18,013 nucleotides of DNA from Deferrisomatales bacterium. Its GTDB lineage: Bacteria; Desulfobacterota; Deferrisomatia; Deferrisomatales; JACRMM01. Positions within the stretch are counted from its first letter, which is position 1, and every line of letters starts with the position of its first letter. Below are positions 1 through 10,972 of this stretch, one piece after another. The stretch is taken from NCBI GenBank assembly GCA_033551855.1, contig JAWSUI010000067.1, positions 1 through 18,013 of the forward strand. Reading direction: 5' to 3'. The notes beneath the pieces are model-generated. The model ran no database searches and was not told where the DNA came from. It saw only the letters and a program-made list of their open reading frames with translations. A program made the position numbers and the translations under genes.

Positions 1-50
1 AAGGCGGCCGCACGGTCGGGGCGGGTGTCGTCACCGCCATCAACGAGTAG
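1..50 (+). CDS. tuf: Elongation factor Tu, C-terminal end (partial)
   Basis: Frame from nt 3 reads [15 protein letters not shown] then TAG (48-50), the conserved EF-Tu C-terminus; directly upstream of rpsJ. Not in the ORF track. Confidence 0.95.
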   Translation, partial: GGRTVGAGVVTAINE

Positions 51-69
51 CGGCCGCTGGAGTGACGTG

Positions 70-378
70 ATGACGAGCGACAAGATCCGGATTCGCCTCA
101 AGGCGTATGACCACAAGCTCCTGGACCAGTCGGTGTCGGAGATCCTCGACGCGGCCAAGCGGACGGGGGCCCGGGTGTCCGGGCCGATCCCGCTGCCGAC
201 GGAGATCAACCGATTCTGCGTGCTCCGTTCCCCACACATCGACAAGAAGTCGCGGGAGCACTTCGAGATGCGCACCCACAAGCGGCTTCTCGACATCCTG
301 GATCCCACCCAGCAGACGATCGATGCGCTGATGAAGCTGGATCTCTCTGCCGGGGTGGACGTCGAGATCAAGCTCTAG
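70..378 (+). CDS. rpsJ: 30S ribosomal protein S10
   Basis: [15 protein letters not shown]...GPIPLPT...[20 protein letters not shown]...[11 protein letters not shown] at 70 after GGAG (59-62). ORF-track start at 25 overlaps tuf and is unlikely. Confidence 0.98.
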   Translation: MTSDKIRIRLKAYDHKLLDQSVSEILDAAKRTGARVSGPIPLPTEINRFCVLRSPHIDKKSREHFEMRTHKRLLDILDPTQQTIDALMKLDLSAGVDVEIKL

Positions 379-424
379 AGATCGGGCGGCGCTGCGGGCG
401 CCGTAGGAAGGTAAGGGAGCTCCG

Positions 425-1063
425 ATGGCCAAGGGAATACTCGGAAGAAAGCTGGGCATGACCCAGATCTTCGTCGGCGGAGAAGAGCTCATTCCGGTAA
501 CGGTGGTCCAGGCGGGGCCCTGCACCGTGATCCAGAAGAAGACCCGGGACACGGACGGGTACGACGCCATCCAGATCGGCTTCGAGGAGACCAAGCCCCA
601 CCGGGCCACCCGGCCCTCCCTGGGGCACTTCAAGAAGGCCGGGTCGGTCCCGCTGCGGATCCTCCGGGAGATCCGGGTGGAGAACTCGTCCGACTACGAG
701 GTCGGACAGGTGCTCAAGGCGGACATGTTCCAGCCCGGCGACCGGGTAGACGTGATCGGGGTGAGCAAGGGCAAGGGGTTCCAGGGCGTGATGAAGCGCC
801 ACGGTTTCGGCGGAGGCCGCGCCAGCCACGGCTCGATGTTCCATCGCCGGCCGGGGGCGATCGGTGCGCACGAGGCGCCGGGCAAGGTCTTCAAGGGGAA
901 GAAGCTCGCGGGTCAGATGGGCAACCGGCGGGTGACCGTGCAGAACCTCCAGGTGGTGGAGGTGGACCCGGATCGCAACCTGATCATGATCCGGGGGGCC
1001 TTGCCGGGGGCCAAGCACGGGGCCCTGATGCTCCGCAACGCCGTGAAGCTGGGCGGCAAGTAG
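425..1063 (+). CDS. rplC: 50S ribosomal protein L3
   Basis: GILGRKLGMTQIF, DGYDAIQIGF, SKGKGFQGVMKRHGF motifs; canonical position. Confidence 0.98.
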   Translation: MAKGILGRKLGMTQIFVGGEELIPVTVVQAGPCTVIQKKTRDTDGYDAIQIGFEETKPHRATRPSLGHFKKAGSVPLRILREIRVENSSDYEVGQVLKADMFQPGDRVDVIGVSKGKGFQGVMKRHGFGGGRASHGSMFHRRPGAIGAHEAPGKVFKGKKLAGQMGNRRVTVQNLQVVEVDPDRNLIMIRGALPGAKHGALMLRNAVKLGGK

Positions 1064-1097
1064 GGTTCCGCGGGGACCCGGGAGGCGGACGTTCGCC

Positions 1098-1712
1098 ATG
1101 GAAACACCGATTCTGAACGCGTCCAACCAGCCGGTCGGCACCGTGGCGCTGGACGACGAGATCTTCTCTGCGCCGGTCAACGATGCGCTGCTCTGGGAGG
1201 TGGTGAGGATGCAGCTCGCCGCTCGGCGCCAGGGCAATCACGATGTGAAGGGGCGCTCGGAGGTCCGAGGCGGTGGGCGCAAGCCCTGGCGCCAGAAGGG
1301 CTCGGGGCGGGCGCGGGCCGGCTCCCGGCGCTCTCCCCTGTGGCGGGGCGGCGGGGTGATCTTCGGTCCTACGTTGCGCAGCTACGCCTTCACGATGCCC
1401 AAGAAGAAGCGAAGGCTGGCCCTGCGCTGCGCCCTGGCCGCCAAGGCCCGGGACGGCGAGCTCCTGGTCGTGGAGGACCTGGGCCTGGCGGAGATCAAGA
1501 CGAAGACCCTGGCGAAGACTCTCGCCGGGCTGGGGGTGGACAGCGCCCTGATCGTGATCCCGGAGCGCGACGACACCATCGAGAAGTCCGCGCGCAATCT
1601 GCCCCGGGTCAAGGTGCTGCGGGCAGAGGGACTGAACGTCTACGACCTGCTCCGTTACGAGAAGGTCGTGCTCCTGAGCAGTGCCCTCCCGAAGGTGGAA
1701 GAGAGGCTCTGA
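1098..1712 (+). CDS. rplD: 50S ribosomal protein L4
   Basis: [42 protein letters not shown] upstream. Confidence 0.98.
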   Translation: METPILNASNQPVGTVALDDEIFSAPVNDALLWEVVRMQLAARRQGNHDVKGRSEVRGGGRKPWRQKGSGRARAGSRRSPLWRGGGVIFGPTLRSYAFTMPKKKRRLALRCALAAKARDGELLVVEDLGLAEIKTKTLAKTLAGLGVDSALIVIPERDDTIEKSARNLPRVKVLRAEGLNVYDLLRYEKVVLLSSALPKVEERL

Positions 1713-1713
1713 C

Positions 1714-2007
1714 ATGTCCAGAACGGTCTACGACATCCTGAAACGGCCGGTGATCACGGAGAAGGCGACCTTCGTGCGCGAGCGCGAGAACGCCGTGGTC
1801 TTCGAGGTTTACCCTGACGCCACCAAGGCGGAGATCAAGCAGGCGGTCGAGAAGGTGTTCCAGGTCTCGGTGACGGGCGTGCGCACCGCCATCGTGCGGG
1901 GCAAGAGCGCGCGGGTGGGCCGCTCCGTCGGGCGCAAGAGCAATTGGAAGAAGGCATACGTGTCCCTCAAGGAAGGCGACCAGATCGAGTTCTTCGAGGG
2001 AGTGTAG
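1714..2007 (+). CDS. rplW: 50S ribosomal protein L23
   Basis: ILKRPVITEKA, ATKAEIKQAVEKVF, WKKAYVSL; ATG one nt after the rplD stop. Confidence 0.97.
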   Translation: MSRTVYDILKRPVITEKATFVRERENAVVFEVYPDATKAEIKQAVEKVFQVSVTGVRTAIVRGKSARVGRSVGRKSNWKKAYVSLKEGDQIEFFEGV

Positions 2008-2043
2008 CGGGGCCACGCACCCAGGCACGCGAGGGATACACCC

Positions 2044-2865
2044 ATGGCGATCAAGCGCTATCGGCCTACGTCGGCGGGACGCCGCTTCATGTCCGTGTCG
2101 ACCTTCGAGGAGATCACCGAGGCGACCCCGGAGAAGAGCCTGCTGCGCCCTCTCAAGCGCAGCGGCGGCCGCAACAACCGCGGGCGCATCACCTGCCGCC
2201 ACATCGGGGGCGGGCACAAGCGCCGCTACCGGGTGATCGACTTCCGGCGCGACAAGCGGGAGATCCCGGCGAAAGTGTCGTCGATCCAGTACGACCCGAA
2301 CCGCAGCGCCCGGATCGCGCTCCTGACCTACCTGGACGGGGAGAAGCGCTACATCCTGGCACCGAAGGAGCTCCGGGTGGGGGATCGGCTGGAGGCCGGC
2401 CCGGCGGTGGAGGTTCGTCCCGGCAATGCTCTGCCCCTGGAGAGCATCCCCCTCGGGACCCTTGTCCACAACGTAGAGCTCAAGCCGGGAAAGGGCGGCC
2501 AGCTCTGCCGCAGCGCCGGGACCTACGGCCAGCTCATGGCCAAGGAGGGCGACTACGCCCAGATCCGGCTGCCCTCGGGCGAGGTGCGCAAGGTTCGCGT
2601 GGAGTGCTATGCCACGGTGGGGCAGGTGGGCAACGAAGACCACGAGAACCGGCGCATCGGCAAGGCCGGGCGCTCCCGCTGGCTGGGGATCCGGCCGACG
2701 GTGCGGGGCGTGGCGATGAACCCCATCGACCACCCCCACGGCGGCGGCGAGGGGCGCACTTCCGGGGGCCGCCACCCGGTGAGCCCCTGGGGCGTGCCCA
2801 CCAAGGGCAAGAAGACCCGAAAGAACAAGGCCACGGACCAGTACATCGTTCGCCGGCGGAAGTAG
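2044..2865 (+). CDS. rplB: 50S ribosomal protein L2
   Basis: [38 protein letters not shown] motifs. Confidence 0.99.
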   Translation: MAIKRYRPTSAGRRFMSVSTFEEITEATPEKSLLRPLKRSGGRNNRGRITCRHIGGGHKRRYRVIDFRRDKREIPAKVSSIQYDPNRSARIALLTYLDGEKRYILAPKELRVGDRLEAGPAVEVRPGNALPLESIPLGTLVHNVELKPGKGGQLCRSAGTYGQLMAKEGDYAQIRLPSGEVRKVRVECYATVGQVGNEDHENRRIGKAGRSRWLGIRPTVRGVAMNPIDHPHGGGEGRTSGGRHPVSPWGVPTKGKKTRKNKATDQYIVRRRK

Positions 2866-2876
2866 GAGCGTAAGCA

Positions 2877-3158
2877 ATGGCCCGATCCATCAAGAAGGGA
2901 CCGTTCGTCGACGACCACCTGCAGCAGAAGGTGGCCAGGGCGCGGGTAACCGGCGACAAGCGGGTCATCAAGACCTGGTCGCGGCGCTCGATCATCATGC
3001 CCGACTTCATCGGCTTCACGTTCGCGGTGCACAACGGCAAGACCTTCGTTCCCGTCTTCGTGACCGAGAACATGGTGGGGCACAAGCTCGGGGAGTTCTC
3101 CCCGACCCGGACCTTCCGCTCCCACATCAAGGGCGAGGGTAGGGGCAGGAAGCGGTAG
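2877..3158 (+). CDS. rpsS: 30S ribosomal protein S19
   Basis: [34 protein letters not shown]. Confidence 0.99.
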   Translation: MARSIKKGPFVDDHLQQKVARARVTGDKRVIKTWSRRSIIMPDFIGFTFAVHNGKTFVPVFVTENMVGHKLGEFSPTRTFRSHIKGEGRGRKR

Positions 3159-3172
3159 AGCAGAGGACGCCC

Positions 3173-3505
3173 ATGCAAGCGAACGCGACGCTACGATACT
3201 TGAGGATGGCCCCGCGCAAGGTGCGCCTGGTAGCGGATCTGGTGCGGGGGAAACCGGTCCAGGACGCCCTGAGCGCTCTGCGGTTCACCCCCAAGTCGGC
3301 CAGCCTGCCGGTGCGGAAGGTGATCGAGTCGGCGGTGGCCAATGCGGAGAACAACCACGGCCTCGACATCGACACCCTCTGGGTGCGGGAGATCCGGGTG
3401 GACGAGGGGCCGACGCTCAAGAGGTTTCGGCCCAGGGCCCAGGGGCGTGCGTTTCAGATCATGAAGCGCACGAGCCACGTCTCGGTGGTCCTCGAAGAGA
3501 AGTAA
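3173..3505 (+). CDS. rplV: 50S ribosomal protein L22
   Basis: [40 protein letters not shown]. Confidence 0.98.
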   Translation: MQANATLRYLRMAPRKVRLVADLVRGKPVQDALSALRFTPKSASLPVRKVIESAVANAENNHGLDIDTLWVREIRVDEGPTLKRFRPRAQGRAFQIMKRTSHVSVVLEEK

Positions 3506-3521
3506 CCAGAGGAGGTGTGCG

Positions 3522-4181
3522 TTGGGTCAGAAGGTTCATCCCTACGGATTTCGGGTCGGCATCAACAAGCCGTGGATCTCGCGGTGGTACGGCGGGAAGG
3601 ACTACGCGAAGACCCTCCACGAGGACCTGGAGCTCCGGAAGTTCCTGAAGAAGGAGCTCGACCAGGCCGGCGTGGCGAACATCGAGATCGAGCGGGTCGC
3701 CAGCAAGATCCGGGTGGAGTTGCACACCGCCCGCCCCGGTATCGTGATCGGGAAGAAGGGCGCGGAGATCGACCGGCTGCGCAAGGTCCTGACGGACAAG
3801 ACCGGCAAGGAGGTCTTCCTCAACGTCCGCGAGATCAAGCGCCCGGAGCTCGACGCCCAGTTGGTGGCAGAGAACATCGCGTCGCAGATCAAGCGCCGGG
3901 TGGCCTTCCGCCGAGCCATGAAGCGGGCCGTCACCGCTGCGATGAAGCTGGGCGCAGAGGGGATCCGGGTGAGCTGCGGCGGCCGCCTCGGGGGCGCCGA
4001 GATCGCCCGGAGCGAGTGGTACCGGGAGGGGCGGGTGCCCCTGCACACCCTGCGCGCCGACATCGACTACGGCTTCGCCGAGAGCTTCACCACCTACGGC
4101 GCCATCGGCGTGAAGGTGATCATCTTCAAGGGCGAGCTCCTGAGCGACGCCGAGGGTGCTCGTCTCACAAAGGGTAGATAG
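3522..4181 (+). CDS. rpsC: 30S ribosomal protein S3
   Basis: [49 protein letters not shown] start after GGAGGT. Confidence 0.98.
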   Translation: MGQKVHPYGFRVGINKPWISRWYGGKDYAKTLHEDLELRKFLKKELDQAGVANIEIERVASKIRVELHTARPGIVIGKKGAEIDRLRKVLTDKTGKEVFLNVREIKRPELDAQLVAENIASQIKRRVAFRRAMKRAVTAAMKLGAEGIRVSCGGRLGGAEIARSEWYREGRVPLHTLRADIDYGFAESFTTYGAIGVKVIIFKGELLSDAEGARLTKGR

Positions 4182-4183
4182 CC

Positions 4184-4606
4184 ATGCTGACGCCCAAGAA
4201 CACCAAGTTCCGAAAGCAGCACCGCGGCCGCCGCCGGGGGCTGGCGTACCGGGGCAGCAAGATCAACTTTGGGGACTTTGCGCTGCAGGCGGTGGATGTG
4301 GCGTGGGTGACGTCTCGGCAGATCGAAGCCGCCCGTATCGCCATCAGCCACCACGTCAAGCGCGGCGGCAGGCTCTGGATCCGGATCTTCCCGGACAAGC
4401 CCTTTACGAAGAAGCCCCTGGAGGTTCGGATGGGGAAGGGCAAGGGCGCCCCCGAGGGGTGGGTCGCGGTGGTGCGCCCCGGGCGCATCCTGTACGAGCT
4501 CAAGGGCGTCACCGAGGATCTGGCCCGCGAGGCCCTACGGCGGGCCGCCCACAAGCTTCCGATGAAGACGCGGGTCATCTCGCGGGAGGACGTGTATGAG
4601 CGCTAG
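4184..4606 (+). CDS. rplP: 50S ribosomal protein L16
   Basis: [40 protein letters not shown]. Confidence 0.98.
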   Translation: MLTPKNTKFRKQHRGRRRGLAYRGSKINFGDFALQAVDVAWVTSRQIEAARIAISHHVKRGGRLWIRIFPDKPFTKKPLEVRMGKGKGAPEGWVAVVRPGRILYELKGVTEDLAREALRRAAHKLPMKTRVISREDVYER

Positions 4607-4793
4607 CGAGCTGCGCCAGCTCTCCAGCGAGGAGTTGCGCGCCAAGGAGGCGGAGCTCCGACAGGAGCTCTTCAACCTGCGGTTCCAGCACGCCACCCGG
4701 CAGCTGGAGAACACGGCCAGGATCCCGGCGGCGAAGCGGGAGATGGCCCGGGTGCTGACGGTGCTGCGCGAGCGCGAGCTCGCCGGGGCGTGA
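4596..4793 (+). CDS. rpmC: 50S ribosomal protein L29
   Basis: ASELR...[19 protein letters not shown]...REMARVLTV; overlaps the rplP end. Confidence 0.97.
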   Translation: MSASELRQLSSEELRAKEAELRQELFNLRFQHATRQLENTARIPAAKREMARVLTVLRERELAGA

Positions 4794-4813
4794 GGAGCGC
4801 GAGGGACGAGACC

Positions 4814-5077
4814 ATGGCAGAGACGAAGCGCGGCCCGCGGAAGCGGATGGTGGGCGTGATCGTGAGCGACAAGATGGCCAAGACGGTGACCGTCCTGGTC
4901 GAGGGGCTCCGCAAGCACCCCACTTACGGGAAGTACGTGAACCGGTCCAAGAAGTACAAGGCTCACGACGAGGGCGATGCCTGCCGCGTCGGGGACAAGG
5001 TGCTCATCGAGGAGACCCGGCCCCTCAGCCGCGACAAGCGCTGGAGGGTGAAGGAGATCCTGGAGCGGGCCGTCTGA
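4814..5077 (+). CDS. rpsQ: 30S ribosomal protein S17
   Basis: [43 protein letters not shown] at 4814 preferred over the ORF-track GTG at 4790. Confidence 0.97.
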   Translation: MAETKRGPRKRMVGVIVSDKMAKTVTVLVEGLRKHPTYGKYVNRSKKYKAHDEGDACRVGDKVLIEETRPLSRDKRWRVKEILERAV

Positions 5078-5098
5078 GGCGAGGGCGGGAGAGAGACG

Positions 5099-5467
5099 AT
5101 GATCCAGCAGGAATCCGTACTCAACGTGGCGGACAACTCCGGGGCGAAGCAGGTCTACTGCATTCGGATTTCCGGGGGCTCCAAGCGCAAGTACGCCAGC
5201 GTGGGCGACATCATCACGGTCTCCATCCGGGAGGCGATTCCCAACAGCAAGGTGCCCAAGGGCTCCGTGGCCCGCGCGGTCATCGTGCGGACGGCGAAGG
5301 AGATCCGGCGTCCGGACGGCAGCTACATCCGGTTCGACGACAATGCCGCGGTGCTCATCAACAAGGACGGAGAGCCCGTGGGTACCCGGGTGTTCGGGCC
5401 GGTGGCGAGGGAGCTGCGCGCGAAGAACTTCATGAAGATCGTCTCCCTGGCCCCCGAGGTCCTCTGA
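5099..5467 (+). CDS. rplN: 50S ribosomal protein L14
   Basis: [49 protein letters not shown]. Confidence 0.99.
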   Translation: MIQQESVLNVADNSGAKQVYCIRISGGSKRKYASVGDIITVSIREAIPNSKVPKGSVARAVIVRTAKEIRRPDGSYIRFDDNAAVLINKDGEPVGTRVFGPVARELRAKNFMKIVSLAPEVL

Positions 5468-5489
5468 CGGGTCGGGAGGAGGGTGGAAG

Positions 5490-5813
5490 ATGGGCACGAT
5501 CACGAAGATCAAGAAGAACGACCTGGTGGAGGTGATCGCCGGGAACGAGAAAGGCAAGCGCGGCAAGGTGCTGCGCTTGCTCCGGGACAAGGACCGCGCC
5601 GTGGTCGAGAAGGTCAACATGGTGCGGCGCCACAAGAAGGCCGACGCCCAGGGCAAGGGCGGGATCATCGACAAGGAGGCCCCCCTGCACCTGTCGAACA
5701 TGGCGCCGGTGTGCGAGAAGTGCGATCGCCCGGTGCGCGTCGGGTTCAAGGTGCTCGAGGACACCTCGAAGGTCCGTGCCTGCAAGCGGTGCGGTGAAGT
5801 CCTCGACAAGTAA
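5490..5813 (+). CDS. rplX: 50S ribosomal protein L24
   Basis: [21 protein letters not shown] (KOW motif), [14 protein letters not shown]; carries CEKC/CKRC pairs. Confidence 0.97.
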   Translation: MGTITKIKKNDLVEVIAGNEKGKRGKVLRLLRDKDRAVVEKVNMVRRHKKADAQGKGGIIDKEAPLHLSNMAPVCEKCDRPVRVGFKVLEDTSKVRACKRCGEVLDK

Positions 5814-5840
5814 CGCCGGACGGCCGGGAAGGTGAAGAAG

Positions 5841-6380
5841 ATGGCGAGGTTGAGGGAGCGCTACCGGAAAGAGATCGTGCCGCAGATGACCAAGACCTTC
5901 CAGTACGGCAACGTGATGCAGGTGCCGCGGCTGGAGAAGATCGTGGTCAACGTGGGCGCAGGAGAGGCGAAGGACAACGCCAAGCTCATGGACCAGCTCG
6001 TGGAGGACCTGGCCCGCATCACCGGCCAGCGCCCCATCGTGACCCGTGCCAAGAAGTCCATCGCCAACTTCCACCTGCGGGAGGGGCAGCCCGTGGGGTG
6101 CAAGGTGACGCTGCGAGGCGAACGGATGTACGAGTTCCTCGACCGGATGGTGAGCGTGGCCCTTCCCCGGGTGCGCGACTTCAAAGGGGTGTCCGGCAAG
6201 GGGTTCGACGGACGGGGCAACTACACCTTGGGCATTCACGAGCAGATCATCTTCCCCGAGATCGACCTGGAGAAGGTGGAGAAGGTGAAGGGGATGAACG
6301 TGTGCATCACCACCACTGCGGGGACGGACGAGGAGGGCAAGGCGCTCCTGCGGCTGTTCGGCATGCCCTTCCGAAACTGA
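5841..6380 (+). CDS. rplE: 50S ribosomal protein L5
   Basis: [54 protein letters not shown] 5841 (MARL) chosen, in-frame GTG at 5832 is an alternative. Confidence 0.97.
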   Translation: MARLRERYRKEIVPQMTKTFQYGNVMQVPRLEKIVVNVGAGEAKDNAKLMDQLVEDLARITGQRPIVTRAKKSIANFHLREGQPVGCKVTLRGERMYEFLDRMVSVALPRVRDFKGVSGKGFDGRGNYTLGIHEQIIFPEIDLEKVEKVKGMNVCITTTAGTDEEGKALLRLFGMPFRN

Positions 6381-6396
6381 GGCAGGGGAGGTATTC

Positions 6397-6582
6397 GTGG
6401 CCACGACAGCGAAGATGGAGAAGCAAAAGCGCACCCCCAAGTTCAAGGTGCGCTGGCGCAACCGGTGCCGGGTATGCGGGCGCTCGAGGGGTTTCTACCG
6501 CCAGTTCGAGCTGTGCCGCCTCTGTGTGAGGAAGCTGGCCCACGAGGGCAAGCTCCCCGGCGTGACGAAGGCCAGTTGGTGA
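6397..6582 (+). CDS. rpsN: 30S ribosomal protein S14, short zinc-binding (type Z) form
   Basis: 61 aa, [13 protein letters not shown]...LCRLCVR...[11 protein letters not shown] start after GGAGG. Confidence 0.97.
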   Translation: MATTAKMEKQKRTPKFKVRWRNRCRVCGRSRGFYRQFELCRLCVRKLAHEGKLPGVTKASW

Positions 6583-6604
6583 GGCTTCCCGAGGAGTTGG
6601 AGAC

Positions 6605-7003
6605 ATGCCGTTGACCGATCCCATTGCCGACATGCTGACGCGGATCCGCAACGCCGTACAGGCGCGCCACGAAGTGGTGCAGATCCCCGGTTCCAAGCTC
6701 AACCAGGCGGTCCTCGAGCAGATGCTCGACGAGGGATACCTCGCCGATGTCAGCTGGCAGGACGACGGCCGCCAAGGCGTGATCCTGGTCCGTCTCAAGT
6801 ACGACAGCCGGGGCGAGTCCGCCATCGACGGGCTGCGCCGGTTGAGCAAGCCCGGCCGGCGGGTCTACGTCGGGGCCGGAGACCTCCCCAAGGCCCAGAG
6901 CGGCTACGGAACGGTGATCCTCTCCACGTCCAAGGGGGTTCTCACCGACCGGAAGGCCCGACAGCAGGGAGTGGGCGGAGAAGTTCTCTGCTCCGTCTGG
7001 TAG
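6605..7003 (+). CDS. rpsH: 30S ribosomal protein S8
   Basis: TDPIADMLTRIRNA, SKPGRRVYV, ILSTSKGV, GVGGEVLC. Confidence 0.98.
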   Translation: MPLTDPIADMLTRIRNAVQARHEVVQIPGSKLNQAVLEQMLDEGYLADVSWQDDGRQGVILVRLKYDSRGESAIDGLRRLSKPGRRVYVGAGDLPKAQSGYGTVILSTSKGVLTDRKARQQGVGGEVLCSVW

Positions 7004-7028
7004 GCGAGCTCGAGAGGAGATTGGAGCC

Positions 7029-7568
7029 ATGTCCAGGATCGGCAAGATGCCCATCCCCCTCCCCCCCAAGGTGGAGGTGGTGCAGAAGGGCCAGAGCATG
7101 ACGGTGCAGGGCCCCAAGGGGACCCTCGCCCTGGATGTCCACCCGGACATGGCGGTGGATGTCTCGGCGTCCGAGATGAACGTACGGCGCCCCACGGACC
7201 ACCGCCGGCACCGCGCACTGCACGGGATGACCCGGAGCCTGCTCCAGAACATGGTCACCGGGGTGACCGCGGGATTCGAGAAGGGGCTGGAGATCGTGGG
7301 CGTGGGCTACCGCGCCAACCTCCAGGGCAGCACCCTGACCCTGAACGTCGGGTTCTCCCACCCGGTGGAGTTTGCCGTGCCCGGGGACGTGACGGTGGAG
7401 GTGAAGGACCAGAGGGTCATCACGGTGAAGGGGATCGACAAGCAGCGGGTGGGGCAGGTGGCCGCGATCATCCGGTCCTACAAGCCACCGGAACCCTACA
7501 AGGGCACGGGGATCCGGTACGCCGGGGAGCACATCGTCCGCAAGGAAGGCAAGTCCGGGTCCAAGTAG
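7029..7568 (+). CDS. rplF: 50S ribosomal protein L6
   Basis: MSRIGKMPI, GPKGTL, GVGYRA, GFSHPV, PPEPYKGTGIRY. Confidence 0.98.
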   Translation: MSRIGKMPIPLPPKVEVVQKGQSMTVQGPKGTLALDVHPDMAVDVSASEMNVRRPTDHRRHRALHGMTRSLLQNMVTGVTAGFEKGLEIVGVGYRANLQGSTLTLNVGFSHPVEFAVPGDVTVEVKDQRVITVKGIDKQRVGQVAAIIRSYKPPEPYKGTGIRYAGEHIVRKEGKSGSK

Positions 7569-7602
7569 ACCGGGCCGCCGCGATAGCGAGGAGCAGCAGA
7601 CC

Positions 7603-7971
7603 ATGAATCGACTGGTGGCCAAGCGAGACGCGACCGTCGCCCGCAAGAAGCGGGTGCGCCGAAAAGTGGCCGGCACGGCGGCCAGGCCCCGGCTGACCGT
7701 CTTCAAGAGCGTCAAGCACGTCTACGCGCAGATCATCGACGACGCTTCGGGCCGCACCCTGGTGGCGGCCTCGAGCATGGGACGCGACCTGCGGGACGAT
7801 GTGAAGAAGACCGCTGACGTGGAGGCGGCTCGGACCGTGGGGTTGGCCATCGGCAAGAAGGCCCTCGCCCGGGACATCACCCAGGTGGTCTTCGACCGCA
7901 ACGGGTACCCCTACCACGGGAAGGTAAAGGCCCTCGCCGATGCCGCCCGGGAAGCGGGACTCCAGTTTTGA
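7603..7971 (+). CDS. rplR: 50S ribosomal protein L18
   Basis: [51 protein letters not shown]. Confidence 0.98.
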   Translation: MNRLVAKRDATVARKKRVRRKVAGTAARPRLTVFKSVKHVYAQIIDDASGRTLVAASSMGRDLRDDVKKTADVEAARTVGLAIGKKALARDITQVVFDRNGYPYHGKVKALADAAREAGLQF

Positions 7972-8006
7972 CCCCGAAGGGCCAGCGCGGACAGGAGGAT
8001 AGGCTT

Positions 8007-8522
8007 TTGAGCACCAAGGACCCCAAGAGCTTCGACGCCAAGAACGAGGAACTCTTCGACCGGGTGATCCACCTCAACCGGGTGGCGAAAGTGGTGAAGG
8101 GCGGTCGTCGGTTCTCCTTCAGCGCCCTGGTGGTGGTCGGCGACCACGCCGGGTCCGTGGGGATCGGCCTGGGCAAGGCAAAGGAAGTGCCCGAGGCAAT
8201 CCGCAAGGGGATCGAGGCGGCCAAGAGATCCCTGGTCCGCGTGCCGGTGGTCAACGGGACGATCCCCCACGAGATCCTGGGCCACTTCGGGTCCGGTCTG
8301 GTGGTGCTCAAGCCCGCGGCGCCCGGCACGGGCGTCATCGCGGGCGGGGCGGTCCGGGCGGTGGTGGAGTCCGCCGGGATCCACGACATCCTCACCAAGT
8401 GCCTCGGGACCAACAACCCCCACAACGTGGTGCGGGCGACCCTCGAAGGGCTGGCGCGGCTGCGGCACCCGGAGGCCATCGCCGCCCGCCGCGGGAAGAG
8501 CCTCGAGGAGATCCGGGCCTGA
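8007..8522 (+). CDS. rpsE: 30S ribosomal protein S5
   Basis: [54 protein letters not shown] at 8007 follows AGGAGG (7993-7998). Confidence 0.97.
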   Translation: MSTKDPKSFDAKNEELFDRVIHLNRVAKVVKGGRRFSFSALVVVGDHAGSVGIGLGKAKEVPEAIRKGIEAAKRSLVRVPVVNGTIPHEILGHFGSGLVVLKPAAPGTGVIAGGAVRAVVESAGIHDILTKCLGTNNPHNVVRATLEGLARLRHPEAIAARRGKSLEEIRA

Positions 8523-8541
8523 GGGCCGGGAGGGTGATGCC

Positions 8542-8982
8542 ATGCGACTGCACGATCTGAAGCGCCCAAAGGGCGCGGTGAAAGACAAGAAGCGGGTGGG
8601 CCGCGGTCCCGGGTCGGGGCTGGGCAAGACCGCCGGCCGAGGCCACAAGGGGGCCCGTGCCCGCTCCGGGTACGGGGGCAAGCAGGGCTTCGAGGGCGGC
8701 CAGATGCCCCTGGCCCGCCGGCTGCCGAAGGTGGGCTTCAAGAACCCCTTCCGTACCGAGTACGCCTGCGTGAACGTCTGCGACCTCAACCGGTTCGAAG
8801 ACGGCACGGAGGTCACCCCCGTCCTCCTGGTGGAGCAGGGCCTCGTGAAGAAGCTCCTGGGCGGCGTGAAGATCCTGGGCAAGGGCGAGCTCGAGCGCAA
8901 GCTCGTGGTGATCGCCCACAAAGTCAGCCAGGGGGCCCGAGAGAAGATCGAGGCCCGGGGCGGAGAGGTAAAGGAGGCCTAG
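8542..8982 (+). CDS. rplO: 50S ribosomal protein L15
   Basis: [47 protein letters not shown]. Confidence 0.98.
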   Translation: MRLHDLKRPKGAVKDKKRVGRGPGSGLGKTAGRGHKGARARSGYGGKQGFEGGQMPLARRLPKVGFKNPFRTEYACVNVCDLNRFEDGTEVTPVLLVEQGLVKKLLGGVKILGKGELERKLVVIAHKVSQGAREKIEARGGEVKEA

Positions 8983-10290
8983 GTGGTCGGGGATTTCCAG
9001 GGGATCGCCAAGATCCCGGAGCTCAAGCGCCGCATCCTCATTACCTTTCTCCTGCTCGCGGTGTACCGGGTGGGGGCCCACGTTCCCGTGCCGGGGATCG
9101 ACGCGGCGGCTCTGGCGGAGTTCTTCGAGCGTCTCCAGGGCAACATCCTGGGGCTGATCGACATGTTCTCGGGGGGCGCCCTCGGGCGCATGAGCGTCTT
9201 TGCCCTGGGGATCATGCCGTACATCAGCGCCTCCATCATCCTGCAGCTCCTGACGGTGGTGGTCCCCACCCTGGAGAAGCTGTCCAAGGAGGGCGAGCAG
9301 GGAAGGAAGAAGATCACCCAGTACACGCGCTACGGGACGGTGATCCTGTCCGTCATCCAGGGTTTCGGGATCGCGGTGGGTCTGGAGAACATGGCCGGGC
9401 CGGGGGGCGGCAGCGTCGTCATCGTCGGCGGGTGGGGTTTCCGCCTGATGACCGTGACGACCCTGACCGCGGGCACGGCGTTCATCATGTGGCTTGGGGA
9501 GCAGATCACCGAGCGGGGAATCGGCAACGGGATCAGCCTGATCATCTTCTCCGGGATCGTGGTCGGCATGCCCGGCGCGATCTACAACACCTTCCGGCTG
9601 ATGGGCGCGGGGCAGCTCCACCTGTTCGTGGTGATCCTGCTCGTGGTGGTGATGGTGGCGGTCACCTTCTTCATCGTGTGGGTGGAGAGAGCCCAGCGGC
9701 GCATCCCGGTGCAGTACGCGAAGCGGGTGGTGGGGCGCCGGGTGTACGGCGGCCAGAGCACCCATCTCCCCCTCAAAGTGAACACGGCCGGGGTGATCCC
9801 GCCCATTTTCGCCTCGTCGCTGCTGATGTTCCCCACGACGGTCGGGCAGTTCATCGACCACCCGTGGGTGCAGAACGTGGTGGGGCTCCTGGCCCCCGGA
9901 CAGTTCGTACACGACCTCCTGTTCGTGGCCCTGATCATCTTCTTCTGCTACTTCTACACGGCGGTGACCTTCAACCCCGTGGACGTGGCGGACAACATGA
10001 AGAAGTACGGGGGTTACATCCCTGGGATCCGGCCCGGGCAGAGGACGGCAGAGTACATCGACAAGGTGCTCACGCGGCTCACCTTCTGGGGCGCCATCTA
10101 CGTGAGCTTCATCTGTGTGCTGCCCACGATCCTGATCAGCCGGTTCGGGGTGCCGTTTTACTTCGGCGGCACCGGTCTGCTGATCGTCGTGGGGGTTGCC
10201 CTGGACACGGTCTCCCAGATCGAGACCCACCTCATCACGCGGCAGTACGAGGGACTGATGGGTGCGCGTCGCATTCGCGGGCGGCGGTGA
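8983..10290 (+). CDS. secY: Preprotein translocase subunit SecY
   Basis: [60 protein letters not shown]; many hydrophobic segments; GTG abuts the rplO stop. Confidence 0.98.
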   Translation: MVGDFQGIAKIPELKRRILITFLLLAVYRVGAHVPVPGIDAAALAEFFERLQGNILGLIDMFSGGALGRMSVFALGIMPYISASIILQLLTVVVPTLEKLSKEGEQGRKKITQYTRYGTVILSVIQGFGIAVGLENMAGPGGGSVVIVGGWGFRLMTVTTLTAGTAFIMWLGEQITERGIGNGISLIIFSGIVVGMPGAIYNTFRLMGAGQLHLFVVILLVVVMVAVTFFIVWVERAQRRIPVQYAKRVVGRRVYGGQSTHLPLKVNTAGVIPPIFASSLLMFPTTVGQFIDHPWVQNVVGLLAPGQFVHDLLFVALIIFFCYFYTAVTFNPVDVADNMKKYGGYIPGIRPGQRTAEYIDKVLTRLTFWGAIYVSFICVLPTILISRFGVPFYFGGTGLLIVVGVALDTVSQIETHLITRQYEGLMGARRIRGRR

Positions 10291-10327
10291 CCTGAACCTG
10301 CTAGGGCGAATCGAGAAGGAGGGAACG

Positions 10328-10972
10328 ATGAGACTGATTCTGCTCGGGCCTCCGGGGGCCGGCAAGGGAACCCAGGCGACGAGGCTGGTGGAGCGGTACG
10401 GCATCCCGCAGATCTCCACGGGGGACATACTGCGCGCGGCCGTCCGCCAGGGGACGGAGCTGGGGAAGTCGGCCAAGTCCTACATGGACGCCGGCAAGCT
10501 GGTGCCGGACTCCGTGGTGATCGGGATCATCGGGGAGCGCCTGCGGGAGCCCGACTGCGCAAAGGGGTATATCCTGGACGGTTTCCCCCGCACGGTCGCC
10601 CAGGCCGACGCCCTCCAGGCCACCGTGTCCCAGATGGGGCAGCGGATCGACCACGTGCTCTCGGTGGAGGTCCCCAGCGAGGAGCTTGTCCAGCGGCTCT
10701 CGGGGCGGCGCACCTGCAAGGGCTGCGGGGCCATGTACCACGTGACCTTCAGCCCGCCGAAGCAGGAGGGCCGCTGCGACAAGTGCGGCGGAGAGTTGTT
10801 CCAGCGGGACGACGACCAGGAGGCGACCATCCGGGCCCGCCTGGCCGTGTACGACGACCAGACGGCCCCCCTCATCGCCTACTACCGGCAGGCCGGGCTC
10901 CTGCGGCCGATTCCCGGGACCGGGGACATGCAGGAGATCCTGGCCCGGATCACGGCGGTTCTCGAGGGTTGA
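10328..10972 (+). CDS. adk: Adenylate kinase (Zn-lid type)
   Basis: [31 protein letters not shown], lid CKGC...CDKC, QRDDD; ATG at 10328 after AAGGAGG. Confidence 0.98.
   Translation: MRLILLGPPGAGKGTQATRLVERYGIPQISTGDILRAAVRQGTELGKSAKSYMDAGKLVPDSVVIGIIGERLREPDCAKGYILDGFPRTVAQADALQATVSQMGQRIDHVLSVEVPSEELVQRLSGRRTCKGCGAMYHVTFSPPKQEGRCDKCGGELFQRDDDQEATIRARLAVYDDQTAPLIAYYRQAGLLRPIPGTGDMQEILARITAVLEG

Noticed and set aside
8392..10476. 694-aa minus-strand ORF (likewise 13047-15041, 1609-2877, 4535-5809 and others)
   Set aside because: Antisense shadows of conserved genes; high GC and codon bias suppress stop codons, and the translations have no recognisable motifs.
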